Assembly (NCBI GenBank): GCA_951406725.2
Contig: OX597818.1
Span: 128,836,001 to 128,900,000, forward strand
DNA from: Octopus vulgaris
Lineage: Eukaryota
Direction: 5' to 3'
DNA: 64,000 bases
In this document: positions 24,956 to 40,049 of the stretch, one piece after another
Layout: each line of letters starts with the position of its first letter
Numbering within the stretch: position 1 is the first letter of the stretch
Position numbers and translations under genes: made by a program
The notes under the pieces: generated by a model
Databases searched by the model: none
Told to the model about the DNA's origin: nothing
What the model saw: only the letters and a program-made list of their open reading frames with translations

Positions 24956-25004
<49 letters not shown>

Positions 25005-26124
25005 TATTGAAGTAATAATGAAATGAAATTAAATAGTATGAAAATAAAAAAACAATATCACTTCAAAGGACGAAATTAAAAAAGGTAAAAAAAAGTGGAA
25101 AAAAGAAAACGGAAAATGAAAAGTAAAGCAGGTGATAACTTTAACATTTGTGATCAAATACCATCCGCTTTTCATAACAATCTACATTTTTTTTGTATAT
25201 AAGAGAAATTGCCATCATCATCATGATCATCATCATCTTCATCCTTCCCAATTTGTGTCCACTTTCCATGCTGGCATGGGTTGGATGGGCCATCATGGAC
25301 CAAGTCAGCTGTTACTTGCAATAACTACCCACCTAGACTAGTCAGAGGCCCATGTTTCACTTACGCATTCCATTTTGATTTGGTTTTTTTGGCTGGTTGC
25401 CCTTTCTAGTGGGCACTCAGTCATAGAAGCCATACGAAAACAGAGTACTGAGTACATTTTATTGTTACACCAGTACTAGAGAAATTATCACGTTCCCTGG
25501 AAGACTAAAGAGTCCTCGTTCAATTGCCAACCACTTTATGATGTGTAGTGTAATGGGGTGCATGTTATTGTGGCACCAGCACTAGAGAAGTTACCTTGCC
25601 CCCTGCAAGACTGAAGAGCTCTCTATGTTCTATGTTGTCTCTATCTTTTCAAAGCAAACATGTGTATATATTTGGTTTCTTTAAAAACCCATCATCTTTG
25701 TCATTATCAAGAGGAAAACCTCAAGTTAACAATAATGTTATCAAATACCAGCAGTTGATCAAAATATAAATATGAACCTCCTTGCCTGCTCAAAAAAAAC
25801 AAACAAAAAAAACCAAAACATTTCATTTCATTCCATTTTAGTATCTTAGATTCTTAAATTATATTCCATGTTGTTGAAGATGGGTGGCAGAAATGGTAGA
25901 GTGTTGATCAAAATAAATACTTTTTTTGTTTTTATTTATTTATTTACAACCCTCCAGTTTCTAAAATCAAATTCCTCCAAAGTCAATTTTTGCCTTTGTA
26001 TTCCTGAAATTAATAAAAGTTTGTACCAGTTCAGTACTGGAGCTGATGACATTGAGTCAGTCCCACTTTCTAAAATTACTAGCCTTTTTCCTTGATTAGA
26101 AACAAATTATTATTATTATTATTA

Positions 26125-26453
26125 TCAAGGCTGCAAGCTGGCAGAAGCGTTAGCATCTGTCTTTATATTCTGAGTTGAAATTCCACTGAGGTCAGCTTTG
26201 CCTTTCATCCCTTTCAGAGTTGATAAAATAAGTACCAGTTGAGCACTTGGGTCAATATAATCAAATTACCTCATACCCCGAAATTGCTGGCCTTGTGCCT
26301 ATAGTAGAAAGGATCATTATTAATTGGGACTTTAATTCCCAGAAAGATGATAGGCAAAGATGAATTCAAATCTGCTGGATTTGAATTCACTATGCAAAAA
26401 GCTGGAACAGATACTGCAAAGTTTATTTTCCTGATGTTATAGGGATTCAGCCA

Positions 26454-26507
<54 letters not shown>

Positions 26508-27110
26508 CCTTTCTATTAGAGGCACAAGACCTGAAATTTTGGGGGAGGGGTTTAGTCAATTACATCGACCTCAGTGCATAGCTGATATTTATTTTATCGA
26601 CCTTGAAAGGAAGAAAGGCAAAGTCGACCATGGCAGAATTTGAACTCAGAACATAAAGACAGATGAAATGCTACTAAGCATTTTGTCTGGTGTGCTAATG
26701 ATTCTGCCAGCTTGTTGCCTTAATAATAATAATAGAGGCTTCAAATTTTGGCACAAGGCCATAAATTTTAGTGAGTGGGGGACTAAATCAATTATATCAA
26801 CCCCAGTGCTGTGGCTTCAAATTTTGGCACAAGGCCATAAATTTTAGTGAGTGGGGGACTAAATCAATTATATCAACCCCAGTGCTGTGGCTTCAAATTT
26901 TGGCACAAGGCCATAAATTTTAGTGAGTGGGGGACTAAATCAATTATATCAACCCCCAGTGCTGTACTACTACTTATTTCATTTGACCCCTGAGAGAACA
27001 AAAGTCAACTTCAGTAGAATTCGAATTCAGAATATAAAGGGTCAGAAGAAATAGCACTAATCATTTTGAGCAACTTATTAATGATTCTACTGGCATACTG
27101 CCTTTCTGCT
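26125..27110. mobile_element. Cluster of family D SINEs in both orientations with (AAT)n tails, including a 76-bp unit triplicated at 26737-26965
   Basis: Core motifs as at 5686; ggcttcaaattttggcacaaggcc...ccccagtgctgt occurs 3 times, nearly identical. Confidence 0.8.
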
Positions 27111-27938
27111 GCTACTACTACTACTACTACCTTTCTGCTGCTACTACTACTACTACTACTACTACAAATGATAATGTTATTAATAATATCCTGCTGCTGG
27201 GGTGAACTCTTTCAAACCATTACACTTATCTTTTCTATTTGTCTCTTCTTGTTTATATTGTTTTTTGGGGGTGGGGATGTGAAGCACTACAATTTGGAAT
27301 GGTTTGATCATAGCTGCTCAAGATGGATTTAAGCTCACAAATCTTTTAATCTGGGTTTGTTAACAATACAATGTTCTCTATAGCTCACTTGATAAAATAG
27401 AAAATACAGAAAAGAAAAAGAAAAATATCGGAGCCTTATATGAAATAAAGGTCTGTGCATCAATTCAGACTTTAAGCAGTTTAATTTTGAGCTGTTTAAC
27501 ATAGCAAACATAACAGCTAATAATGGACAGAGATAAAGCTGTTTAAAATGTAGTGTTTTAGTAGCATTGTAGTTTGCTTGAAGCATTGTGATACAGAAGT
27601 AAGATAAATAATGGGAAGCTTCTTACAAAATGAAATGGGAAAATTGAGTAACCATTATAAATTTCAGACACAAAGGCCTGTAAGAGTTTCATTTCTTTAA
27701 CTCTTTAGCATTCATACTTCTCTGTCAAATGTAATGCTCACTTATTCACAAATTTTGAATTAATCATGCATTATACTTGTAGGGTAGGTGTGAGAGATAG
27801 GATTTGGCTGGTTCAAACATAAAACATGTAGAATATTTTGGCTGTATCTGGCTGGTTTAAATGCTAGGGGTGAATCCAGTCACTTCTGATAGGCCTTTCT
27901 GCTTGAAATATATAGTGGTTTAGTTATTTTTGAGAGAA

Positions 27939-28325
27939 GGAGTGGCTGTGTGGTAAGTAGCTTGCTAACCAACCACATGGTTCCAGGTTCAGTCCCACTG
28001 CGTGGCATCTTGGGCAAGTGTCTTCTGCTATAGCTCCGGGCCGACCAATGCCTTGTGAGTGGATTTGGTAGACGGAAACTGAAAGAAGCCTGTCGTATAT
28101 ATATATATATGTGTGTGTGTGTGTCTGTGTTTGTCCCCCTAGCATTGCTTGACAACCGATGCTGGTGTGTTTACGTCCCCGTCACTTAGCGGTTCGGCAA
28201 AAGAGACCGATAGAATAAGTACTGGGCTTACAAAGAATAAGTACTGGGGTCGATTTGCTCGACTAAAGGCGGTGCTCCAGCATGGCCGCAGTCAAATGAC
28301 TGAAACAAGTAAAAGAGTAAAGAGT
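27939..28325 (+). mobile_element. Young SINE family A
   Basis: Match to family A. Confidence 0.92.
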
Positions 28326-29350
28326 AAGTCATAGAAAAAGTTATTCCAGCAGCATTAATTATTCTAGCAGTACTAATTATGACAGTATTCTTACATAAAA
28401 TTTTAGCAGCAGTCATATCTTTGTCTTTGCTTACTTCTAGAGATTTTTGACATCATTCATCTGAAATACTCTTGTATTTGTGTTTTATTTTTGTATTTTG
28501 TTAATTCCAATTTAAATTATTGCTAATTATTTATTTGAATCAATGAACAAATCATGAACAAAAACAATTAATCAAATTTTATAAAATAAAACTTTATGTA
28601 TGTATATGTGTGTTTACCTGTAAATGTATGTATTTATTCATATTTTATATATGTATGTGTGGGTGACAGAAGCAATTATGAGATTCCAGGACTTCTTAAG
28701 CTCACCTCAACCTCACCTCAGAATCAGCAAGCTCAACAGCCATCCCATTTATATCCACAAATGAATTTAATCACCTATGAGACAAGAAACGTACCCTAGA
28801 TACGGTATATATATATCATCATTGTTTAAGGTCCACTTTACAATGCTTGCATGTATTCAGACAAAATTTGCTGAAGTTGGATGCTCTTCCTGTTGTCAAC
28901 CCTCACTTCATTCCAAGCAAGAAAATATTTCTCCATGACTGGACATGTTTTCATGGCAGATTGGAAACAAATGACAATTGGTCGTATGGTAGTGACACTT
29001 GTTTACAATTATCATTCAAGTTCAAAATGAAATTGTACACACACACACACACATACACATGAGAGAGTGTGTGTGTGTTTGTATGTGTATATTAGTGTCG
29101 AGTTTCTTTCAGTTTTCATCTATCAAATATACTCACAAGGCTTTGGTCAGTGTGGAGATATAGTAGCGGACACTTGTCCAACATGCTACACATAGTGAGT
29201 CTTAACCAAAAATCCCATGGTTGAGCAGCAAACTTCTTAACCACACAGCCATTGCATGCATATCTTTCATTCTTTCGGGGGTCACTATAAAAGTACTATT
29301 CCAGAATGGCAAGCTAACGAAATTGTAAGAACTTAGGACAATTGCCTTAA

Positions 29351-29571
29351 CCCTTTAGCATTTAAACCGGCCATATCTGGCCAGAAGTATTCTGCCTGTT
29401 TTATGTTCAAACTGGGCAGATCTGGTCTCTCACACTAACCCTACAATATCGTTTTAAAAATTAACAGCTACATCATCATAATCTCATAGCTACAAGATAA
29501 TACATAATTAGTTCAAAGCAATGTGGATAAAAAAGGATTAATTTTGGCAGAATAATGCGAACACTAAAGGG
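29351..29571. mobile_element. piggyBac-type MITE (family 1)
   Basis: TTAA|CCCTTTAG...CTAAAGGG|TTAA. Partial copies near 8650, 27700, 33850, 34360 and 45240-45825. Confidence 0.88.
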
Positions 29572-29774
29572 TTAAGGAAATCTTCCGTCCTCCTTCCTGA
29601 TAGTCTTGGAGGTCTTGGTTCTGCTTTCCTTTCTTACTAAAAGGTAAGTGGTATTCATTTTGGCTTTTTTTCACTCGGAGTTCAATCCCTGCTTTGACTA
29701 ACCTTGTTTTTAATCATGTGATTGATGAATAAAGTACCAAAGAGGTACCGAGATCAATTTCTTCCCCCTTTCTT

Positions 29775-29817
<43 letters not shown>

Positions 29818-29931
29818 GAATCAGCTATGTGAAAGGGCCAGTAAATAGCATTCACATTGTAGCCCCCTACGAATTCCCTTCGAGTTCAAGATGAGACAAC
29901 ACACACACACGCATGAGAGGATGTGTGTTTG

Positions 29932-29989
<58 letters not shown>

Positions 29990-30238
29990 CAACAGCAAAG
30001 AGATTGGGTACATTTCTACAATGTCACCTGCCAGATGTCATCCACTACGCTGCGAAATTAATTGAGATGGTGTCATTAATTTGGCATTTTATTAATAGGA
30101 GTAGCTCAAAGCATGACTTTGAGCCACTCTTATTGTTGCTGGCTGATATTGTTAACCAGTCACAACTTATATCAACTTTTTGTATAAATATATTCAAACT
30201 GAGTCCAGGAGACTTTTTTGTACCAAAAGTTAATATAA

Positions 30239-30650
30239 GGCGCAGGAGTGGCTGTGTGGTAAGTAGCTTGCTAACCAACCACATGGTTCCAGGTTCAGTC
30301 CCACTGCGTGGCATCTTGGGCAAGTGTCTTCTGCTATAGCCTCGAGCTGACCAATGCCTTGTGAGTGGATTTGGTAGACGGAAACTGAAAGAAGCCTGTC
30401 GTATATATGTATATATATGTATGTATGTATATGTTTGTGTGTCTGTGTTTGTCCCTCTAGCATTGCTTGACAACCGATGCTGGTGTGTTTACGTCCCCGT
30501 CACTTAACGGTTCGGCAAAAGAGACCGATAGAATAAGTACTGGGCTTATTAAAAAGAATAAGTCCCGGGGTCGATTTGCTCGACTAAAGGCGGTGCTCCA
30601 GCATGGCCGCAGTCAAATGACTGAAACAAGTAAAAGAGTAAAAGAGAGAG
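30239..30650 (+). mobile_element. Young SINE family A
   Basis: Full-length match; possible TATAA TSD. Confidence 0.92.
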
Positions 30651-31619
30651 TATAACTTGTGGTTGGCAAACATTAATCAATGAAATTGGGTCAGCATCAA
30701 ACCAAAAGTGAAATGATGCTTTGAGTTATTTCTACCCCTAATTGAACTAATTCATCATGGTGGAAAACATCTAGCTAGCAACACTATAGAAAAGGTACCC
30801 AGTTGTTATATTTGCTTCTGTTTTTCTGGTTTCAGTGACAAGAACTAGTAGCACAAAAGAATTATTCTTAAAAGCTGATTTTTGGTGGGTGAAGGAGAAG
30901 TTTTTGAAGCTGAGGACAAACTTTCTAATGATTTTTCATTTGAGTTTTTTGTTAAATTTTTTTCTTTCGGTTTTGTTATTTTTTATAAGAAAATTTGTTT
31001 GAATAACGGGTGGGATGGAGTGTGATTTTTGTAAATATTTTTGTTGGTGGTGATTTTTTTTATTTTGTAAATATATATATATATATATATTAACATTTTC
31101 TTTGTTTTGCTACATATTTTAATATATTTTATTTTTCATTTATATTTTGTAAATTTTGTTATTTATATTTTGTAAATTAATTTCTTATGAACAGAAAAAC
31201 AATTTTGATTTTATCACTTACCTGTCTCATCCTATTTCTTTTCACTTTTTCCAACTTTGTCTTTTTCTAGCATCATTTCTTGCTCAACATTCCTATACTG
31301 ACGATGCTTCTCATTCTTCCATCTACATGAAAATATAATTTGTGTGTGGATGGCAACACACAAACTATATTTTCATGTAAGACATGCAAAAAAATATCCT
31401 CTAACCAAGACATTATTACCTAAACTCCTTCAACAGCACCAAAATGCAACCACTACACATATCAAGGAAATATTGCGACAACATTACTTCTTAAAGAATA
31501 TATTGCATTTTTAAACATATAAATTAGGTAATTTTAGCTAATTAGTCAAATCTCTGTTGATATTTCATGAAAATCTCACATCTTAAAACCTTTAGCATTC
31601 AGATTGACTTTTTCTTGTA

Positions 31620-33775
31620 TCCAAGAATTTAATTTCTTCTTTGCTGATCACTTCCTTCACAGTGAAAGTGTTGATGACTATGTAGACCAGTTCTTGCATG
31701 GAAGAGTTGATGGCATAGACTGTATGGTAGTGTTGGTAGAGGACAAGGTTAATTACATCTTGGGCTTTCAAATGATTTAGGCTCAACTCCAGTGACTTTC
31801 AGTGTTGTTTCAAGTTGATCCTTTTATCTTTAAAGAAGGCAACCTCATGGTTTTTGAATAAGACTTTACATAGGGACCTTGACTTTTACATTCTTGCTTC
31901 GTGTCCTGGTCATCTTTCATAATTCAATGCTTTGACTGTTGGCTCTTTCCAGGACTTTGTTGTAATCACATAGTATTCCCATTTCATGTTCAAGATTGAA
32001 TGAAGTTTTTGCTGGATGTTGTGATAATATAGAGTCCAGATTTTGCAGCCATACAGCAAGAGTTAAAATAACAACAGCATTAGAGACCATAATTTTTGTT
32101 GTTAAGTTCATGTATTTCTTGTTGAAGATCCATTTGATTCGCTTTCCAAATGCCCTGTGTGCAGCTCCAATTCTGTGTTCCACATCCTTTTCTCAGGTGC
32201 ACTTGTTTGATAAAAGGCTGCCTAGATATGGAAAATGCTTTACTTGTTTGAGAGGTATATCAGCGATACTCACAAACAGCTGGAGTTCTTCTTTTGAATA
32301 GCAGAGGGCAGCATTGTTATCAACATATTGAAGTTCTGAGATGTGTTATGAGAGTGAAAATTCTTCTGACAGTGTGTTTCCTGACATATTGTCATGTATT
32401 GCTTGAACCAAGATGATAAAGTGTTTGGGACATCCTAAACAATGAAGAACTTTCCACATAGCAGCCCTTGGAACACTATCAAAGGTCTTTTCTAAGTCAT
32501 AGAAATTAAGGAAAAGGGGTTTTGTTGTTCCCTGCTTTTCTCTTGGAGTTACCCTGCACAGAAAATCATGTTGATTGTGCCATGAGAGGTACAAAATCCA
32601 CATTGAGATTCAGGTAGGATCATTTTGGTGATGGTCTGGAACTGATTTAGAAGGTTCCTGCTAATGACTTTTCTAATGATGGAATGTAATGATATTCCTC
32701 TATAGTTCCTGCAGGCTTTTTGGTCACCTTTTTGAAGATCATTATGATGGTTGCATCTTTCAGTTCTTTGGGAACTTGTTGGGATTTCCACATCTTCAGA
32801 ATGAGGATGAAGATACAGGTTTGTAAGAGGAAGCCCATGTTTGACCAGTTCGAAATGGATGTTATCTGGACCCGAGACTTCCTTGATCTCATCTGCTTCA
32901 TAGCTTGCTTGAATTCTTGGAAAGTAGGCCTCATGTTCATCCACAACTGAGGAGAATACTTTGGAATGTTTCTCAGGAAGTCCTCAGCTGTCTATATTTA
33001 GGAGGGTGGCAAAGTGTTCCTTTCAGTATAGGAGTATGTCTTGTGGATTGGTCAGGATGTTTGTATTGACAGCTGCTAGAAAGGATCAAATTGATGTTCA
33101 AACTGATCCAAATAGTGGTTTCATTCTGGCATAGAAATTTCTGAGATCACATGCATCCGCATAACCCTGAAGTTTGACTGCTTTTTGTTTCACCAAATGT
33201 TCTGCAGTTCTCTTAGTCCTAGAAATGCATTTTTTTTTTAGTTTGGATTTTTGGTCTTGTTCGTGGGCCAGTCAAGCATTCTTTGTTTTTTTGCCTTAAT
33301 CAGGTTGTTGATTTCAATATTGTTTCATCAAACCAATCCTGATTTTTGATCTTGGCAAAGCTGATGACAGTGTTTGCAGTTTTTTGTGACTATATCACAA
33401 ATGGTTCTTCATTCTTCATCAACAGATTAAAACTAAGTACCTGACTTATTTTGGTTTCTGCTGGTTCAGCTGTTGAGATCTGTTGTAATCATCATCTACT
33501 TGTTCCACCATTGGGGTCTTTTGGGGTTGGTGATGGTCTGGAATTGATTTAGAAGGTTCCTGCTAATGACTTTCCTAATGATGGAATGTAATGATATTCC
33601 TCTATAGTTCCTGCAGGCTTTTTGGTCACCTTTTTGAAGATCATTATGATGGTTGCATCTTTTAGTTCTTTGGGAACTTGTTGGGATTTCCACATCTTCA
33701 GAATGAGGATAAAGATACAGGTTTAGAACACCCAATGGCACTGCTCTCAGGGTCATTGGTCCACACAAGCTTCTC
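31620..33775 (-). mobile_element. Decayed RTE (BovB-like) LINE
   Basis: Minus fragments GPDNIHFEL, ELKDATII..KKGD..CRNYRGISL..LPESQCGF..GTINMIF, FYDLEKTFDSVPR and EHRIGAAHRAFG, with many frameshifts. A related 3' piece lies inverted at about 23470-23770. Confidence 0.9.
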
Positions 33776-35713
33776 CACCATAAAAGGAGTGACCTTCAAA
33801 GGGGCTGTTGAATGTAATACTTTATTTATTCACATTGTTTTGAGTTGATCTTGTAGCTGCAGGATTTTGATGATGTGACTGTTTATTTTTAGAATGACAT
33901 TATAGAGTGGGTGCAAGAGGTATGCAAAAGACATGGCCAGTTGAAATGCTAAAGAGTTAACATTGTCAAAACTGCATCCTTTAAAGTTTAGACTTCCTAT
34001 TCAAAACCAGAAAATACATACTTCTGCCTCCATGAATTACCAACACTTTACTATTGGCACCAAATTGGCAGAGTTTTTTTAACATTGGACAGAACACCAC
34101 ATGCAATAGTTCTTTCTTTTGTGATCAATCAGAGACTTTCATTGACCTTTGGAAAGTGCTCTGTAAAGTTCTTTGTGAGGTAGGTATGACTTATCGATAT
34201 AGATATATCCACTCCAGTGTAACTGAGAAGTCAGCACCATGATATCAACTCTAACCAGACCTACTTTGTCCCTCACTTATAAGTTTGTCACCTTGTCCAA
34301 CACCTGATTGATCACAGCTCTCATGTGGGTATGTTTTGATCTACTTTTATACTCACCAAATTAACATTTAAACCATATATTCTACTTGTTTTATTTTCAA
34401 ACTGGCCTGATACAGCCTCTCACACCTACCCTAAAAATAGGCAATCACAAAATAAAAATAAGCAATCACATCTCAAAGCTATAAGATGATGCTATAACAT
34501 GCTTAAAACAATAAAATATTACGTTTGACAGAGAAATCTTAATGCTAAAAGGTTAAAGATATTAACATTAACTTAATCTTAATTCTGATGCAAAGTCTTG
34601 CCCAAAATACTAGCCTTTACTTTGTCTCATACCAAACTGTGATAGTCAACTTCCATTTAAAATTATTTAAAATTACATTAGTCCAGTTCATGTTTTCATT
34701 TAATTTTTAATTAACTCTGCTCTCAAAGTTGTCTCTGCTGATTTAAAAATTTTATTTTTTATTTTCACTGCTGGAGCAGCCTGTATGGGGGTTTCATAGG
34801 CCCTCTGAGAATGGTAGGAATGGTGCCATCAATGTTCTTTTTGAACCATTGCAGGTCACCTGCTGGAAAGAGATGAGTTAGGAGGGAATCCCAGATTTTT
34901 CTAGACTGGAATCAGTCACTAAACCTAATGAATTTTTCTCTTCATTAAAAATGTAATTTTCATTGATTAAACATATTTTTTAAAGCTGTTTAACTTGTTA
35001 GTTCTGTACAAGTTGTTGTTTAGCCCCAGGTCAGTTTAAATTAAACATTTGATCAAAAGCGTTCTAACTATTGTTTTTGCTTTTTATAATATTTTGATAT
35101 AGGTGCAGGCATTAGGGAGCCCAGGACTATGGAACAGCACCGTGAAACTGAACCAAAGACATATGGTTGCAAAGTAGACTTCTTGGCACCACAGCCATGC
35201 CTGTGCATGCACATATATATATATGCTGTTCCATAATCCTGGGCTACCAAATTCCTTGTGGATGAATTATACATCTCTCACTGCTTGAAAACCCATTTTG
35301 GTTTGGCAAGAAGTGACTGATGGAGATAAGTACAAGGTTTAAATTGGATGCTGGAGTTGATTTGGTGAACTAACCACTTCAAGGCAATGTTGGGGCACAG
35401 CCCTGACACAAGTGAAAGAATTTTAGGGACTACATTCTTGAACATGCCCTTCTTTATTCAAAATTGTAGGTCGTGATTTGTAGCAGAGGTCACCTGTTTA
35501 TGTAGTTTTATGGAAGCTTTCATCTTTTACTTGTTTCAGTCATTAAATGTGGCCATGCTGGAGCACCACCTTGAAGGGTTTTAGTTATAATGAATTTACC
35601 CCATTACTTTTTTGCTTTTAAGCCTGGTACTTATTCTGTCGGCCTCTTAGGAACTACTAAGTTATAGGGATCAAACAGTGGTGGGAGATAAACACACACA
35701 CACACAAACACAC

Positions 35714-35757
<44 letters not shown>

Positions 35758-35880
35758 GTCCTCGTATATATATATGTATATATATATATATATATGCATA
35801 TATATATATATGCATATATATATATGTCCTCGTACGAAACAATTGTACTGATATATTGATCCATTCTTGTTGCTTTTTTT

Positions 35881-35924
<44 letters not shown>

Positions 35925-37329
35925 GAGAGAGAGAGAGTGAGAGATAATAGGCTTCTTACAGTTTTACATCTACCAAATCCACTCACAAGGCTTTAGTCAA
36001 CCTGAGGCTGTGGTAGAAGACACTTGCACAAGAAGGTTAGGAAGCAAACCTCTTACCACACAGCTACACCTGTAACTATATGAAGGTATGGCAGTAACTT
36101 TTTAACTAATCAAATAGAAAAATAAAATAAGCCTGTTGGCAATGAGGGGCTTTGTACTCAGTAATTGGGTTTGGCTGTATTTGCTTTATCTGTGGTTAAA
36201 AAACAACAACAACAAAAGAAAGTATATCTTTCTGATTTCTTCATTCATTCAATTAGACAAACAAGCTGATATTCTTCATTTAATGGTTTTGAGGGAGTGG
36301 TCAACAGGAAGAAGTGAATCCTATTGAAAACAAAAATCAGTTTCTAATTAATATAAATAAATAAATAAATAAAGTAAAACAAGCAAATAAAAATGGAATA
36401 AAAAAAAAAAGAGTTGTCTGAAAACATGCAAATGAACAAATTTTAGAAACAAACAAAAAATGTAAAGAAAAAAAACCCTCATGATAATTCATGAAAAGAA
36501 GACAGGAAAAAAAATTAGTTTTTGAGTATTTACTTAAATCCCATTATAAGAAAATGTTAATATGATACTTCCCCCTTTTGGAAAGAAAAACCTAAAAGCC
36601 ATTATCGTGTGTTTTGTATAATGATCTTGTATCTATGATTTTGTATAATGATCTTTCTCTTTCTCTGATAACATTGTTATTGTCTGTGGAAACGGAAGCA
36701 AGCAGTTATAATAATGGATAAGGTGATTACAAACTTTAGTTCTGGAAAATGTTTAAAAACAATGTTATCAACACTTCATATGGATACTAATAATTTAACA
36801 ATCCTCTTCTTTAGAAAATGAATAAAATACTCAAAATCTTTCCGATTCAGTTTTATTTTTGTTGTTGTTATTATTTGTTTTATTATTAGTTGGCATTAGT
36901 CAAAATACTTTGTGTGAATTCTTCCGACTCTTTAGATTATGAGTTCAAATGCTGCCAAGGTCGACTTTGTCTTTTATCCTTTTGGGGGTGTTAAGTAAAG
37001 CACCAGTCCATCACTGGGGTCACTGTAATCAACTTGTTCCCTTTCCTAAACAATTACTGGCCTTGTGCCAAAATTAGAAAGAATTATTAGGGTGGTGATC
37101 TGGCAGAATTCTTAGTGTGTCAGCAAAAATGCTTAGCAGCATTACTTCAGGTTTTACATTCTGAGTTCAAATTCTTCCAAGGCTAACTTTGATTTTTGTC
37201 CCTTCAGGTTCAATGAAATATGTATTAGTTGAGCACTGGGGTTGCTGTAATCAACTAGCTTCCTCCACAATTTTTCAGGCTTTGTACCTGGAGTAGAGAG
37301 GATTATTATTATTCCAATGCTGTTGCATA

Positions 37330-38386
37330 CAGCTCTATGCAGACATATCCAGTCCAAGCTGAGTCAAATCAGGTCGAATCAGGCTCTGTTAACCTTGGTT
37401 TGCCTGTCCAAGGTGATTTTACCAGACCGGGCTGAACTACGCCAGATAGAAGCAGGCTTTGCCAACCTTAGTTTGCCATTCAAAGCTGAGCTGATCTGAG
37501 CTAAGCCAGGCCAGACTATTGCTAGTATATTCAGGCAGACCCATACCAGGCACCAGACTAAAGCAGGCTCTGCCAACCTCAGTTTGCCAGTCCAAGCTGA
37601 TTTCATATTTTATCATTATTGTATATGTTCATATATATTATGAAAAAGTGTCTTCTGTTATAGATCATTTACAGATCTATGCAGGAATATCCAGACCAAG
37701 GTGAGTTAAACCAGATTGAATCAGGCTCTGCCAACCTTGGCTTGCCTATCCAAGGTGATTTCATCTGAGCCAGGCCATGGCAGGTCTATCTGGGCAGATC
37801 TAGTCAAGGCCGAGCTACACAAGATCAAAGGAGGCTCAGCGAACCTCGGTTTGTCAGTCCAAGCTGATTTCAGTTGACCCGGGCCAGGAAAATCTACTGG
37901 TGTCTATCCAGGCATATCTAGACTAGTCTGGGCTATATGAGATCAGTTCAAGCTAATTGAAACTGAGTCAGACCAGGTGAATTTATTGCTGTTCTGCCTA
38001 GCCAGATCTAGACCTGTTGAGCTATATGGGTAGGCTCTGCCAACCTTGATTTGCCTATTAAAGCTGATGTTAGCTGAGCCAGTCCAGGCACATCTATTGC
38101 TGGTCTATCCTGTTAGATCTAGATGAAGCTGACCTACACCAGTTCAGAGCTGGCTATGCCAACCTCAGTTTGCCAGTCCAAGCTGGTTTAAGCTGAGCCA
38201 GGAGGCATGCTAGTGCTTGTATATTCAGTGTGATCTTGTCCAGGTCTGCTACACCAGATAGAAGCAGGCTATTCCGGGCCAAGCTGATTAAGATGAGCTG
38301 GCTTCGATTGTTATAAACCAGTTTAAACTGGATTATACCATTTCAAATTGGTTTGGACCATTTGGAACACGTTTAGCCCTTCCCTG
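37330..38386. repeat. Degenerate tandem array of ~110-120-bp units, possibly the interior of a non-autonomous hAT-like element
   Basis: aggctctgccaacct(t/c)(g/a)gtttgcc..tccaag(c/g)tgatt recurs at about 37381, 37454, 37565, 37723, 37831, 38032 and 38151. Ends in ccagtttaaactgg palindromes and CCCTG. Confidence 0.75.
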
Positions 38387-40049
38387 TCTTAACATGTTTC
38401 CTTAACTACATTCCCCTTCATTCTCTTTAATCTCCCTTCTTCTTTATTCATTACTCTTTTTCATCTCTGTTTCCCCTCACTTTCTCCTCAGTGTGTACCA
38501 CCAATCCTTACTTTTATCTCTTCACCTTTATCTCTCTTACTCCTTTTATTTCTTCCTCCATCTGTCCCTTTCATTTCTCTTTACTGCAGTCCAGCATCCA
38601 TCTTTTTCAACCTGTCCTTCCTTCACATGCTATCTTCCCAGCAGGACAAACACAAACAATGCATACATACACGACGGGCTTCTTTCAGTTTCCATCTACC
38701 ATATCCACACACAAAGCTTTGGTCAGCCCGAGGCTATAAGAGAAGACACTTGTTCAAGGTTCCACGCAATGGGACTGAACCCAGAACCATGCGGTTGAGA
38801 AGCACACTTTTTACTACATAGCCACACTTGCACCTATTTAACTCTAATCACTATGTTGTATACTCCTCTACTTTAGATTGTGTCTCAGCACTTTACCTCC
38901 ATACCCCCATTGTCACTCTTGCATAGTGCCCCAACCTTTCCTGCAAGACAATTTTTTATCTTTTACTCATTTCAGTGTGTCGCCATGCTGGGACACAACC
39001 TCAAAGAATTTTTAGTCATTTTAAAACCTGGTATTTATTCCATCAGACTCTTTTGCTGAACTGCTGAGTCATGGGGATGTAAACACACCAACACCAGTTG
39101 TCAAGCCATGGTGGGGGACAAACACAGACACAATGGCACAAACAGACATATATATATATATGTATATATGATAGACATTTTTTAGTTTCCATCTACCAAA
39201 TCCACTCACAAGGCTTTAGTTGAGCCAAGGTTATAGTAGAAGTCACTTGCTTAAGGTGCCATGCAGTGGGACTGAACCCAGAACCACATACTGAAATTTT
39301 CTACAAATGTAGAAAGTCTTAAACTTACATAAAAGTTCCTGAATATGCCTTCGTCATTGTGTTCCCATCTTGTTTCTCCTACTGAACCATCAAATATATT
39401 TTAGTTTTCACTTCATACATACCAGTAGGCCTCTATTTGGTTCATACAAATGAAATTTCTAGAATGGTTTACTGTCCCATGTTTATAACCTAACTGATAA
39501 ATTCTTATAGCTAGCTCATTCATCTGTATACACTGTACGGCCTGGTAAAACATTTTCTTGTTTTTGCTTTTTATAATATTTTGATATAGGTGCAGGCATT
39601 AGGGAGCCCAAGACTATGGAACAGCACCGTGAAACTGAACCAAAGACATATGGTTGCAAAGTAGGCTTCTTGGCACCACAGCCATGCCTGTGCATGCAAA
39701 TATATATATATATGCTGTTCCATAGTCCTGGGCTACCTAATTCCTTGTGGATGAATTATACATCTCTCACTGCTTGAAAACCCATTTTGGTTTGGCAAGA
39801 AGTGACTGATGGAGATAAGTACAAGGTTTAAATTGGATACTGGAGTTGATTTGATGAACTAACCACTTCAAGGCAATTTGGGGGCACAGCCCTGACACAA
39901 GTGAAAGAATGTTAGGGACTACATTCTTGAACATGCCCTTCTTTATTCAAAATTGTAGGTCGTGATTTGTAGCAGAGGTCACCTGTTTATGTAGTTTTAT
40001 GGAAGCTTTCATCTTTTACTTGTTTCAGTCTTTACTTTGGGATGTATCT

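Noticed and set aside
31290-31352. CTGACGA...GAAA possible third hammerhead; similar CTGATGAG on - near 58045
   Set aside because: Stems II/III pair poorly or GAAA is missing; cannot be supported.
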